A stretch of 64,000 bases of DNA from a candidate division FCPU426 bacterium. Lineage in GTDB: Bacteria; Oederibacteriota; Muellerivitia; Muellerivitales; Muellerivitaceae. Below are positions 42,368 through 52,997 of this stretch, in pieces. The stretch lies in the NCBI GenBank assembly GCA_963771075.1, contig CAVYSE010000028.1, positions 352,001 through 416,000 on the forward strand, given 5' to 3'. Position 1 is the stretch's first letter; each line of letters starts with the position of its first letter. The translations under genes were made by a program, and so were the position numbers. A model generated the notes under the pieces. That model worked only from the letters and a program-made list of their open reading frames with translations, was not told where the DNA came from and did not search any database.

Positions 42368-43579
42368 TCAATTACTAAATTGGGCCTTGACCGCGAGGAT
42401 GCGCTCAATGTTGTTGTTGAAGGCCTGGAGGACATTGGGATCAAAATGACGCCCGGTTCCCTCCCGGATGATCCGCAGGGACTCCTCCAGGGAAAAAGCC
42501 GGTTTATAGCAGCGCTTGGTCGTAAGCGCGTCAAACACATCGGCCAGTGCCACGATCCGACCGTTCAAGGGGATCGCTTCCCCCTTCAAGCCACGGGGAT
42601 AACCGGACCCATCCCACTTCTCATGGTGGGTCATGGCGATTTCCTCCGAAACTTTCAACAATTCCGCCTTGGCGTTTTCCAAAATTTTTCCGCCGAAGAC
42701 CGTGTGGTTCTGCATCTCCTTGAATTCCGCCGGGGTCAATTTTCCAGGCTTCATGAGGATTGAATCAGGGACGCCTAATTTCCCGATGTCATGCATGGGG
42801 GAAGCATAACGGATGCTTTCCACTTCGTGGGCGGAAAGCCCCAAACCCTCGGCCAGGATCGCCGAATAGCGGCTCATCCGGTGGATATGTACCGCCGTGT
42901 CGTCATCCTTGTATTCCGCCGCCACGGACAGGCGGAAGATGGTATCCAGGTAGGCTTCCTTAAGTTCCTGGGTTAGCAAGGCGTTCTTGATGGCGATGGC
43001 GGCCTGGCTGGCCAGGGAAAGGACCAGGTTCTCAAAATGTTTCTCGAAGGGGACGATCTGCTTACCCTTGCGGGCGTTGATCAGCTGCAAAACACCCACC
43101 ACATTGCTGGAAGCGTCCTTCATCGGCACGATCAGCATGCTCTTTGTGCGGTAATTATTCTTCTCGTCGAAGGATCGGTTGAACCGGTATTCCTTGTTGG
43201 CCGGAATCTTATAGGCGTCCGTCAGGTTCAAAACTTTTGCGGTGACCCCGACATAACCCGCGAGAGAACTTTTGTCGAGGGACACATAAAAGCCGGTGAA
43301 GGTGGAGGGAACCACTTCCAGGGTTTTCTTTTGGGCCTTGGCTTCGGCTTTTTTGCGGGCTTCCAGCACATCGTTCTGGCTGACCGAAAAACGGAGCTGG
43401 TTCCCCTCCCGCACGTACAAACTTCCCGCCTCGGCATTGGTGAATTGTCGGCTCTCAGTGAGGATCAGCGTCAAGAGTTGATTAAGATCCTGCTCCCGGG
43501 AAAGAGCGATTCCTATACGGTTGAGGGACATCAATTGCTCGTGAAGACCGAGGACACTGACCTTGGATTTTGGGGACAT
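42368..43579 (-). CDS. GAF + HD-GYP c-di-GMP phosphodiesterase
   Basis: GAF (YRTKSMLIVPM, GVLQLIN); HDIGK, HHEKWDGSGYPRGLKG, ADVFDAL. Confidence 0.95.
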   Translation of the reverse strand: MSPKSKVSVLGLHEQLMSLNRIGIALSREQDLNQLLTLILTESRQFTNAEAGSLYVREGNQLRFSVSQNDVLEARKKAEAKAQKKTLEVVPSTFTGFYVSLDKSSLAGYVGVTAKVLNLTDAYKIPANKEYRFNRSFDEKNNYRTKSMLIVPMKDASSNVVGVLQLINARKGKQIVPFEKHFENLVLSLASQAAIAIKNALLTQELKEAYLDTIFRLSVAAEYKDDDTAVHIHRMSRYSAILAEGLGLSAHEVESIRYASPMHDIGKLGVPDSILMKPGKLTPAEFKEMQNHTVFGGKILENAKAELLKVSEEIAMTHHEKWDGSGYPRGLKGEAIPLNGRIVALADVFDALTTKRCYKPAFSLEESLRIIREGTGRHFDPNVLQAFNNNIERILAVKAQFSN

Positions 43580-43831
43580 AAAAACCTTTCAAGGGTTAAG
43601 AAGGTGTTGTGTCGTTAAAATAACCGCACTCCATCAAATATACAAGGGCAGGGGGCCCCTTATGGCCGGGTGAAATATCTTTTTAAAACACCATTTTCTA
43701 ATGGGATTTTAACCTAGGTCATTTTTTCATTTGGAGCCTTACAGCACTTCCCCTTGGCCGAGGCCCTGCTTTGGGTGCGGCGATTACATAGAAGAACGAA
43801 TCATAAATTCGTCCTAGGTTTAATTCTGACT

Positions 43832-43931
43832 TTCCCCCTTTGAAAAAGGGGGGAGAGGGGGGTATTAGCTGTTTCCGATGCAGTACGACAAGGCTAACTC
43901 CCCCTTGGTCCCCCTCTTTCAGAGGGGGGAA
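43832..43931. repeat. REP-like GC-rich inverted repeat pair
   Basis: tccccctttgaaaaaggggggagagggggg ... tcccccttggtccccctctttcagagggggga. Confidence 0.7.
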
Positions 43932-44043
43932 AAATCATGCAACCTAAAACCCGGAACGGACTTATGATCCGGTCTACTTAGGGGAACCGGCCCACCTGCC
44001 GGGAGCCCTCCAGACGAGCAGCGGGACTTGGTTGTGCCGGTTC

Positions 44044-44451
44044 CTAATGGGAACCGGCTGGAGGAATATCCACAAGCCTGTATCGGACGGTTTTTCCCGC
44101 CCCCAGCCGTTCAATCCGCCTTTGGCCCAACAGATGCGGGAGCAAATAGGGGTTAAAGAACTTTGGTTTTGTCGTCAACCGGTTCAGGTTATAGGTCAGG
44201 CTGCTACGGGCCATGCCCAGTTCTTGGGCCAGTTCGCCCGGGGTCACCTCCCCCCGTTTTTCGATGCAGGCGATAATCCTTTCCAAATCCCCTAGGCTAT
44301 CGTGGTGTTCTTTTCTTCCCTTTTTCCTGTTTTTGTAAGCCTCGGTCAGGGGGATAGGGGGGGATGGGGCCGATTGGGCCCGGGGTGATTCATTCTTCTC
44401 CAAACCAAAAATATTCCTCAGAAAACCCTTCATAGGCGATTGTTCAACCAT
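44044..44451 (-). CDS. Winged helix-turn-helix protein
   Basis: GGAGGT RBS; IIACIEKRGEVTPGELAQELGMARSSLTYNLNRL...IERLGAGKTVRYRL. Confidence 0.85.
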   Translation of the reverse strand: MVEQSPMKGFLRNIFGLEKNESPRAQSAPSPPIPLTEAYKNRKKGRKEHHDSLGDLERIIACIEKRGEVTPGELAQELGMARSSLTYNLNRLTTKPKFFNPYLLPHLLGQRRIERLGAGKTVRYRLVDIPPAGSH

Positions 44452-44502
44452 TGGATACCTCCCAAATTATTGGCTCAAAATCCTATTTTCCGCCAATTCT
44501 TC

Positions 44503-44803
44503 TTCGCAGTGGAAAAAATTGGCAGAAAGGACGGTAGGTCCGTTTTCCCAGTAAAATAAATTGGTAATTAGGCGTTATCCCGGTAAATTTAATTGGCAGG
44601 TAGGCCATTCCCGGTAAATAAAATTGGCAGAAAGGCGGTTTTTCAGTGGCAGGTACCGGTTACCCGAGAAATTAAATTGGCAGAAAGCGCAAAAAGTCCG
44701 GTCTCCCGTGTAATTAAATTGGGAAAAAGGCAGTCGGGGCTTGGTCTTTAGCAACAAAAATTGGCAGGAAGACAGTCCCTGGTTAAAAAAATTGGCAGGT
44801 TGC
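44503..44803. repeat. Helically phased iteron-like array, consensus about TCCCGGTAAAWWAAATTGGCAGRAAGG, 8 copies plus 1 partial
   Basis: AATTGG cores at 44517, 44559, 44591, 44622, (44644), 44675, 44717, 44759, 44790. Confidence 0.85.
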
Positions 44804-44809
44804 GGACAA

Positions 44810-47687
44810 TCAAAGGCGGGTTTTGCCAATCTCATAGACTTTCAAGACTTCATCCCCATAGTGGTTGATGACTTTATGGCGATCTTCCCGGTTTGCCATT
44901 TTCAGGTTGGGGGATATCAAAAGGCCGGCTTTCGGTCTTATAGAGCGCCGACCAGGCGGATTCATCAATTTCAGCCCGTAAGGCCCGCTTGAGCTTGTCA
45001 TAGGGTTCCTCGGCGCCGGTGAAGTAGGCGTGGCGCACGAAAAAGCTTTCGCCGTTGTAGTTGGTGTCGAGGAACCAGCAGGCGATATCGTCGGTCTTGT
45101 TGCTTCGCACGTCCCCGGTGGTGGGGTCATAAACGTCCACCCCCTTGATCTTGACCGTCAGCTTGCCGTCCTTGGTTTTCTTGATATCCACATCCGGTTC
45201 CCCGAAGACCATGAACAGGTTCCCGGAACCGGTTTTCTTGAGCAATTCGTCGCCCATGGCCAGGTCGGGGTTCATGCGGGCTAAGAGGATAGGCAGTTTC
45301 CCGAATTGTTTGGCCTCTTCCGCCACGGCGAAATCGTCGGCTTTTTGCTTGTCCGGTATGAATTCCTTCACCGTTTCCCCGGCATGGGCGTCATAGGCAA
45401 AACCCAACACCACCAAAAGGTCAAACCCCGCGCCTTTCATGGCCTCCTTGGCGGCTTCTTTGACTTGTTCTGGCCCCACGGTGCCATGTTCCGGCCCAAT
45501 GGAAACCGCCACCCGGCGGGTTCCACCTTTTTTATCAGTGTATTCGCCGATGGCGTGTATCCAAACACCCGCGAAGGGTTCTAACCGGTCAAACTTAATG
45601 CCTTCGTTTTTATGGGTGCTTTTAACCCCGGCTTTTCGGAGGTTATCGAGGATCGTGGTTTCGAACTGCCCCACCACCGCCTGTTTCTTGCCATCCACTT
45701 CAGAAACCGGCCTGGATTCGTCGGTGGATAACACCCGATGGGGTGAAAGGCTTTCTACCGTGAAGGGGCCGGTGACCCGAACCCGCTTGTTGTCTTCGTA
45801 AGGTTGGTCGTAGAGGTATTCGTAATCGCCGTGTTTGGAAATGGATTCGTCCATTTCCTTTTGCCGTTCCTGCCGCAAGGCCCACCATTCTTCCAACAGC
45901 TTTTTGGCCTTGTCGGACCAGTCTGATTCCGCTTCTCGTGGAACTTCCCATTCTTCCCACTTTTGCTTGAGGGCCTTATTCAAGGATTCCAAGACAGGTA
46001 CCAGCTTTTCCTTCCATTTGTTGTGAATTGTGTCGATCTCTTCGTTGTTGGCGATGGATTTGAGGGTGATGTGTGGCACGCGTTTATAGACGAACCCTTT
46101 TTTGATATCACTATCTGATTTTGGAAGGGGCATTGATGGTGTTTTGTTGGTAACTTCGGCTTCTTTCATTATTCCAGTGTCAGAATCAGTAAGTAAGTAG
46201 TAAGGAAACTTAGCGGCCATAAGTCGTGTGCGTGCTAAGGCTAATGCCACACGCGATGTATCTGTTGTTATCCATCGTCTTCCCCATTGTTCGGCCACAT
46301 AAGCAGTTGTCCCAGAACCGCACGTAGGATCAAACACAAGATCTCCTGGATCAGTCGCCATAAGAATACAAGTTTCAATAATTTTTGGGCTTGTTTGAAC
46401 TACATAAGTTTTTTCGTAGGAGATGGCAGTTGTTAACCAAAAATTCGTTAGTTTTTTATAAGGGAAATCAGCGAATTCCAAACGATAGCTTAAACTTTTC
46501 CCCTCTTCTTGAAGCCTATTTGCACATACCAAACGGTCTAATTTTTGTTTATCGACTATCCAAGCCCCTCTACTTGGTGGGTTGAATTTTTCATTCCTAA
46601 AAGAATATTGAAAGTCAGTTTGTTCACTATACGAAGGCGCTATTACCGAAAATAATCGGTAATACTTTGTTCCCTTCGAATGCAGCTTATTTTTAAAATC
46701 CGAAGGGTCAATTTTCTCCCATTCTTCATTTGGGTATAAAGCGTATGGACCATGAGAACTAATTTGCGAAACATCGTTCTCTTCAAATAATTGTTTATAC
46801 TTAAGCATCTGTTTGTTCTTTGCATAAAACAATATATGGTCATGCATTGTTTCTAAGTATTTAGCGCCGAGTGGTAATGTCTTTTTCCTGAAAATTATAT
46901 TTGCAATAAAATTTTCGCTTCCAAAAACCTCATCAAGTAAATTACAAACCAAGTGGTTATTTTCAGAGTTAATCTGGACAAAAATACTGCCTGATTCGGT
47001 TAATAAATCTCGGCTCTCTATAAATCGATCTCTTAAGTAGCTCAAATATGAATGAATCCCTTTTTCCCAAGTATCCCGGAATGCTTTTATTTGTTCAGGT
47101 TGTCTGGTTGCATCCTCAGCACGATCCTTAAGATCATTTTTTCTTGTTGAAACCTGCCAATTCGAACCAAATTTAATACCATAGGGCGGATCCATGTAGA
47201 TCATTTGGACCTTGCCCTTGAGCCCTTCCTTCTCCGCCAACGAATTCATCACGAGTAACGAATCACCCAAGATCATCCGGTTCGCCCATTTCACGTCATG
47301 CTGGTAGAAATCGATCATTTCCTCGAACTTGATGCCGTTGAAATCTCCGAAAAGGTCGGCTTGGGATTCGGGCGCGTCCTTCTTTGCCTGCTTGCGGATA
47401 TCCTCGATGATGTAACGGGGGTGGATTTTTTCCTGGATATAAACGGGAACGGCCGGAACCTTGAGCGGTTCCCTGTCCTGCTCGTCCTTTCCCTTCCAAA
47501 CCAATTGCGGGTCCAGCGACGGGTCGCGGGCGTAAAGCAGGCCGGGGTATTCGATCGTTTTGGGCTTGTTCTCGTCCGCCTTGACGAAATCCCGCAGTTC
47601 CTCGGTGGGTATGTTCGCCCGCCGGTCCTTGTGCTTCAGGTTCTCGACTGGGATTTTGTTCTTTCCACTGCCCTTTTTAGGCGGCAT
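44810..47687 (-). CDS. Type III-like adenine DNA methyltransferase (Mod); C-terminus frameshifted near 44880
   Basis: NRMILGDSL, DPPY, FDPTCGSGTT; conserved-looking tail KVINHYGDEVLKVY lies in the adjacent frame ending at 44810. Confidence 0.93.
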
Positions 47688-47734
47688 AAGAAGTCCTTGC
47701 TGTTAAAAAATTTGAATCTTTATGGCCATCCCTA

Positions 47735-48565
47735 TTATCTCTGTTTCAGCTTCTTCAAGCCTTTTTTAGGCGGTAAAAAATTCTCGCCTGTCACCACCTT
47801 TCGCCCTGTTTTGTTCTCCAACTCGAGCCGCGCCTTACGGGCGATGCCGCCTCCTTTTTGCCCTGCCTCTTTGTTCGGCTCCAGCCCCACGGCGCCTTCG
47901 GTTTCCGCGATCTGCCGGGTTGAAAGCTCGGCGAGGGCCGTGAAGATCAATTCCGCCTCGCTCATGTGGTCGCGGAGATTCTGGGTCTTGAGGCCTTTTA
48001 TTTGCTTGTGGTCTTTTACCGAGACATCCGCCCATTCCCGGTGGATGAGATCGGTCAAAAGGGCATATTCTTCATCGCCCTTGATCTCGTGATTTTTCCA
48101 GTAGTCCGTCAGTTTGTTTCGGGTTTCCTGGCCCATCATCCTCTGTTGGACCCATTTCTCGCTGCGGCCCTGCCGCAACCAATACTCCCGGGCACGGTCC
48201 AACGAAAGAGCGGGGTCTGCCATATCTTTCAGGCGTTCGTGGCCCACCTTAGCCAGCCACTGCTTGAGGGGCTCAACCTTGGGGGAAGGGATTGACTGCA
48301 CGAGTCGCAAGATCTGTTCCGTATCCGCCATATCCGTTAACCGATTCTTGCCATCCGCAGCGGTCATTTTCAACCTGTGACAATTTGTCACGGTTTGATT
48401 ACCTTCTTTTCTAAGCCTTTCCTTGAGCTTTCGCCAATAAGCGCCGGGATCGACACTTTCAGTCAATGCGGAGACTATATCCACAATAACGAAAAACCAT
48501 TTTTGGTTTTTCTCATCCCAAATACGCCGGACCTTTTTATCTTCAAATAAGACCATATTACCCAT
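47735..48565 (-). CDS. BRO-N domain (antirepressor-like) protein
   Basis: KVRRIWD...WFFVIVDIV, YWRKLKERL, LKMTAADGK, QSIPSPK.EP.KQWLA, NLRDHMS. Confidence 0.9.
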   Translation of the reverse strand: MGNMVLFEDKKVRRIWDEKNQKWFFVIVDIVSALTESVDPGAYWRKLKERLRKEGNQTVTNCHRLKMTAADGKNRLTDMADTEQILRLVQSIPSPKVEPLKQWLAKVGHERLKDMADPALSLDRAREYWLRQGRSEKWVQQRMMGQETRNKLTDYWKNHEIKGDEEYALLTDLIHREWADVSVKDHKQIKGLKTQNLRDHMSEAELIFTALAELSTRQIAETEGAVGLEPNKEAGQKGGGIARKARLELENKTGRKVVTGENFLPPKKGLKKLKQR

Positions 48566-48589
48566 GTTTCCTCCTCCCCCTTTTTCGTT

Positions 48590-51500
48590 CTATTTCATTC
48601 GGACCTGCTGCTCATCCGCGCATGATTTGCAGGATTCTAAAAACTTCCTGATGGCCGTCTTTACATTCCAAGGGTCCGTGATTTCCAAAAAAGCCCATCT
48701 CCCATAACCCCCATCGTTATTCACGGCGGGCACCCAGAAGTCCCTGGCGGTAGCCACTTTGGCTTGCTTTTCACGGCGTTGTTCACCGGTAACTTCTAAT
48801 ATCAGGTTTAAGGGATCTTCATGGCCATCTTTTAAACGCACAATGAAATCCGGAATATAGTCGTGTTCCTCGCCCTCAAAAATATAAGGAATCGTGAAAT
48901 TCAAGTGCCGGTCGTTCTTGATGTAGCTGGAAACTTCATCCATGTTTTCCAGGGACTCGGCCAATTTTTGTTCCCAATCCCTGGTATCCGCCACGATGAA
49001 ATTGGCGTGGCACTTTCCCGGTTGGGTCTGGTATAGGCGTTTCTTGGACGCCCGGAAATCAATGTACCGCGTGGAACCGACCGTGTCGAAAGACCGCAAG
49101 ATGGGTTTTAAAACTTTCTGGCCTTCCGTGGAACGGACGATGGCCCCGTAAATCTTCTCCGCCGCTTCCTCCAGGGGCCTGCTCAAGGATATGAGCGGTT
49201 TAAACGTATCGTCCTTGCATTCCAGGTATTCGTCATACCATTGGCGGACGATGGAAAGGATTTGGGGGAAAAGCCAAGGCTTGGGATTTCCCTCCGCGTC
49301 CGCGAAATACTTTTCCATGACCCTTTTGGCGATATGGAACTGCACTTCCTGGTTCCTCAGGCTTTTAAGCTTATCGAGCGTGTGGATGGTGACCTCGCCC
49401 ACGATGGGGGCCACTTCGGTGGAGGTGGGCAAATCGGCGGTGGAGAGGACCTTTTTGGATTCGGGCCCGAATTTCACGGACAATCTTTCCTCCGGCAGGT
49501 CGTAGCGGTATCCCGAAAGCCGGGGGAAGGTGATTTCGGTTTTGGAGGGGTTCCCGATGGCAAAAACATGTTCGGGTGGATCTCCTAAATTGACTTCCGA
49601 GGCCGATCCGGAACAGGGAATGAATGAGAACGGGACGCCATAAACCTCGGCGTATTCCGGGTCAAAATAATCTTTCCCATCTTCTTTCCGTGTTGGGACG
49701 TAACTCATCCGGCGCAAGCCACGGCCCACGACCTGCTCGCATAAAAGCTGGGTTCCAAAGGCCCGGACGCCCAGGATATGGGTGACGGTGTTGGCGTCCC
49801 AACCCTCGGTCAGCATGGAAACCGAGACTACGCATTTGATGTGCTCGCCCAGCTTCCCGGGTTTCCCGACCGTGTTCATGACCTCGCGCAGGATGTCCTG
49901 GTCCGTCAATTGGTCGGCGGAACGCCCCGGGTAGCGGACCATGTATTCCCGCTTGAATTCCTCGATCTCGTGTTCGGCCATTTTCTTGAAATCGGGGTTC
50001 ATGGCGTCCTCCGATTCCAACTGTTCGCTGTCCACCAGGATCGTATTGGGCCGGCCAAGCCACCCTCCGTTTTCGACGTTGCTGAAAAGCTCGAAAGCCC
50101 CCTTCACCAAAACCGTTTTGTCTTTTTTAAGCGTTTTCTCGTGGCCCGAAACGTAATCATATACCAGCTTGGAAACGTTGGTGTTGTTGCAGACGACGAT
50201 GAAAACGGGAGGGGTCAGGCCGCGCCTGCGGTTCTCCGTGTTTTCTTCCCATTTCCGGTAATGCTTCTCGTAATTCTCGTAAAGGCTTTGGAGGGCGCCT
50301 TCCAATTCCAGGGGCAGCCGGGGGTTAGAGCCCAGGCCCTCGGTGCCGCGTCCCTTTTTGGGCAGGTTGTCCCGGATTCTCAGCCAAAGGTCCCGGTAGG
50401 TCGGCTGGTCCCCCACCATGGAGTTGTCGGAGATGGGAACCCTGGGGATCTTGACGATGCCCGATTCGATGGCGTCCACCAGCGAAAAATCCGAAACCAC
50501 CCAGGGGAACAGCGCCCCTTCCCTGTAACCGGAGCCCTTCAGGAAAAAGGGCGTCGCGGACAGGTCATAAACCGCCTTCACGCCCAGCTTGTTTTGGACG
50601 GCTTCCAGGCCGGAAATCCAGACGCGGGCTTCCTCATTGCGCTTTTCCGCCTCACGGGATTCGGCCCCGGAGAGGTCCTCCTCAATATCTTCCGCCGTTT
50701 CCACCCTGCGGCGGTAGCAATGGTGGGATTCGTCGTTGATCACGATGATGTTTTTCTTGTTCCCGAATTCCCGGCATACACGGCGGACCATCTGGTCCGG
50801 GGTTTCCGTGAAGGGGCTCGCGCCATTGTTGGCTTTGTCGTCTTTTCCGCGAAGGATGGCCTTGGTAAGTTTGCCCGCCTTGATAATTTCCCTGGGTTTG
50901 AATGAGTGGAAATTGGTGACGAGTATTTTGGCCGACCCGAGTTTCTCCAAGTCCTGGGAGGGGACCAAATCCATTTTTCGGTAATAGTTTTCGGGGTCAT
51001 TGGGCAATAGGACCCGCAGGCGGTCGCGGATGGTGATGCCGGGGGTCACGATGAGAAAGGAATCCCCGAATTTGGGGTTCTGGGTTTCGGCGGCCTTGTT
51101 CAGGACGTGGTAGGCGATGGCCATGGCCATCACGACGGTCTTCCCGCTTCCGGTCGCCATTTTGAAGGCCATGCGGAAGAGAAGCGGGTTCGCGTCGTCG
51201 TTGAATCGGCGGATGTCGTTCAACATCCAACTGTCGTTCTTGGGGGCGATTTCCGTCAGGTAAACCAGCGTCTCGATGGCTTCCACCTGGCAGAAGAAAA
51301 GCCGTTGGGGCCTTCCCGGGTTTTTCCAGTAATCCAAAAGGCGGGCGGTGGTTCGGGTGATACCCGGATACTTGATTTTCCGCCATTCGGAAACCTTGGC
51401 GCGGATTTGGTTGATGAACTGGTTTTCCTGGATGCGGTCCCCGGTCCATTCGGTGTTGAGGGAAAGCTGTTCCCTGCTTCTTTTCCTGGATTTGGGGATG

Positions 51501-51634
51501 GGCATGAAGTAGGAACTGACGCGCCTGGCGTCCTCGACCGTGTTCGTGATGCCCTCGTCGTCGAACTTGAAATGGCGCGCGGGTTCTTCGTAGGGGGAAT
51601 TAAGGATGGGGTTGTCGATAACGACTTGGTTCAC
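48590..51634 (-). CDS. Type III-like restriction endonuclease subunit (SF2 helicase + PD-(D/E)XK; BPTD_3080-like)
   Basis: NPILNSPYEEP, KMATGSGKT, NDESHHCY, DLSATP, MLTEGWDA, EQVVGRGLRR, YIPDFIV...LEVTG. Confidence 0.93.
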   Translation of the reverse strand: MNQVVIDNPILNSPYEEPARHFKFDDEGITNTVEDARRVSSYFMPIPKSRKRSREQLSLNTEWTGDRIQENQFINQIRAKVSEWRKIKYPGITRTTARLLDYWKNPGRPQRLFFCQVEAIETLVYLTEIAPKNDSWMLNDIRRFNDDANPLLFRMAFKMATGSGKTVVMAMAIAYHVLNKAAETQNPKFGDSFLIVTPGITIRDRLRVLLPNDPENYYRKMDLVPSQDLEKLGSAKILVTNFHSFKPREIIKAGKLTKAILRGKDDKANNGASPFTETPDQMVRRVCREFGNKKNIIVINDESHHCYRRRVETAEDIEEDLSGAESREAEKRNEEARVWISGLEAVQNKLGVKAVYDLSATPFFLKGSGYREGALFPWVVSDFSLVDAIESGIVKIPRVPISDNSMVGDQPTYRDLWLRIRDNLPKKGRGTEGLGSNPRLPLELEGALQSLYENYEKHYRKWEENTENRRRGLTPPVFIVVCNNTNVSKLVYDYVSGHEKTLKKDKTVLVKGAFELFSNVENGGWLGRPNTILVDSEQLESEDAMNPDFKKMAEHEIEEFKREYMVRYPGRSADQLTDQDILREVMNTVGKPGKLGEHIKCVVSVSMLTEGWDANTVTHILGVRAFGTQLLCEQVVGRGLRRMSYVPTRKEDGKDYFDPEYAEVYGVPFSFIPCSGSASEVNLGDPPEHVFAIGNPSKTEITFPRLSGYRYDLPEERLSVKFGPESKKVLSTADLPTSTEVAPIVGEVTIHTLDKLKSLRNQEVQFHIAKRVMEKYFADAEGNPKPWLFPQILSIVRQWYDEYLECKDDTFKPLISLSRPLEEAAEKIYGAIVRSTEGQKVLKPILRSFDTVGSTRYIDFRASKKRLYQTQPGKCHANFIVADTRDWEQKLAESLENMDEVSSYIKNDRHLNFTIPYIFEGEEHDYIPDFIVRLKDGHEDPLNLILEVTGEQRREKQAKVATARDFWVPAVNNDGGYGRWAFLEITDPWNVKTAIRKFLESCKSCADEQQVRMK

Positions 51635-51849
51635 GATATTCCCGCGGACATGAGATAAAACGGGGCCATTATAACTGCCTAATAAGTCGGGCTATGCCCC
51701 AATCTGTATTGGATTTCAAAAGCAAAAGGGGGCCGTGGATTGGCCGGAGGTGCTTCTAGGGGCAACAAAAAATCGTAAATTTAGGCGTGATATCAGAGGT
51801 ATTCTTGATTGATGAGATCTGTGCTTTCTTATTCCAGGTGAGACGCCCG

Positions 51850-52233
51850 TTATCCGGCAAGGGATTCCAGCTTTTCCTTCAGGGCCGTGATCTTCCGAAC
51901 CGTTCCGGCACGGTCTAAAGGGTCCTCGGCGGGATCGTGCGACTCATAACGGAATTGGACGGCAAAGGCGTTGAGTTCGACCAGGTCCCAGAAGGGTTCC
52001 ACATCCTCTCCGTCCGCCTTCAGTTCGGCGAGCAGCGCCCGGATGTCGTGCGTGAGGGGGTATTCCCTTCCCTTGGACGCAAGCCAGGCCTTCAAGTATT
52101 TTTCCACGGCCTGCTGGGCATGGAAGCCGAACACTTCATCCGCGAATATCGCGGCGTTTCCCATGGCTTGCAAGGCCAGAACATCCCTCGCTGCTGCGTC
52201 CATCATTTGGCGGGCGGGATCATTCACGCTCAT
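51850..52233 (-). CDS. HEPN domain protein
   Basis: FHAQQAVEKYLKA, THDI, AVQFRY. Confidence 0.92.
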   Translation of the reverse strand: MSVNDPARQMMDAAARDVLALQAMGNAAIFADEVFGFHAQQAVEKYLKAWLASKGREYPLTHDIRALLAELKADGEDVEPFWDLVELNAFAVQFRYESHDPAEDPLDRAGTVRKITALKEKLESLAG

Positions 52234-52555
52234 AGAGGATCTTTCCCTCCCGCAAGGCCCGTCCCAACACGTGGTTGCGGTCGCCCCTCCAGCGTTCCAT
52301 CTCATCCCGGCTGTAAAGCAGGAGGTCCAAGGGAACCCGCCAATCCCTCAATTTCATTCCGATGCGCGCCAATTCCCTCCGCCGGCTCCTGGCCGCCGAA
52401 AAAGGCTCCGATTCCACAACGATCAGGTCGATATCGGAATGGGCCCCTCCCTCCCCCCGAGCCCGGGAGCCGAAAAGGATGATTCGCTCCGGATGCGCCG
52501 CCTCCACAATGGCCCGCCCTATTTCCTTGATCATCCCTTCCGTGACCGTGACCAT
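52220..52555 (-). CDS. Minimal nucleotidyltransferase (MNT)
   Basis: PERIILFGSRARG...SDIDLIVV, PLDLL, EGKILYE. Confidence 0.93.
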   Translation of the reverse strand: MVTVTEGMIKEIGRAIVEAAHPERIILFGSRARGEGGAHSDIDLIVVESEPFSAARSRRRELARIGMKLRDWRVPLDLLLYSRDEMERWRGDRNHVLGRALREGKILYERE

Positions 52556-52822
52556 TGCCTGTCCTTTTCCAAACTTTGCGGCCTATTCTATCCGGAAACC
52601 AAGGCCTCTTCCCATCGGCGGCCCGTAAAAGATCGTCGGTTAATGCGGTTTTAAATGGCCTTATCCAATGAAACCCACCCTAAAAATGGAAGCGCGTAAA
52701 TTTTGTATAATTGAGTATACAAAAATCACTTATCAAAAAAGGCCTATTTTATTGGATAAAACAAGGGAATGGCTTTTGAGCTGGTAAACAGATGGAGACT
52801 GCGCCTTTATCGACCAATCGCA

Positions 52823-52985
52823 TCACCACTTCACCGGGCATTTCATGATTTCACCTGATTGCTTGTGCTTGAAAAGGACATGCCCTTTTTCCCGGCCGAA
52901 TTTCCAGAGGTCGTGGGTGAGCTTCACATCCTGCCGGCAATAGTCGATCACCTGGTCGAACTTCCCCTCCCGCCACCACTTCACC
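52823..52985 (-). pseudogene. Diverged duplicate of the 3' end of the helicase-exonuclease gene
   Basis: 163-nt direct repeat of 56934-57096 (about 13 mismatches); encodes VKWWREGKFDQVIDYCRQDVKLTHDLWKFGREKGHVLFKHKQSGEIMKCPVKW*. Confidence 0.93.
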
Positions 52986-52997
52986 TCAATTATGCAC

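Noticed and set aside
44503..44803. CRISPR array interpretation of the repeat cluster
   Set aside because: Repeats are degenerate, the period is only 31-53 nt with very short linkers, and no cas genes are present
44575..44835. 86-aa ORF over the repeat array
   Set aside because: Repeat units fall in different frames (ANF vs CQF) and several spacings are not multiples of 3
47735..48565. Prophage inferred from the BRO-N gene
   Set aside because: No integrase, structural or lysis genes nearby
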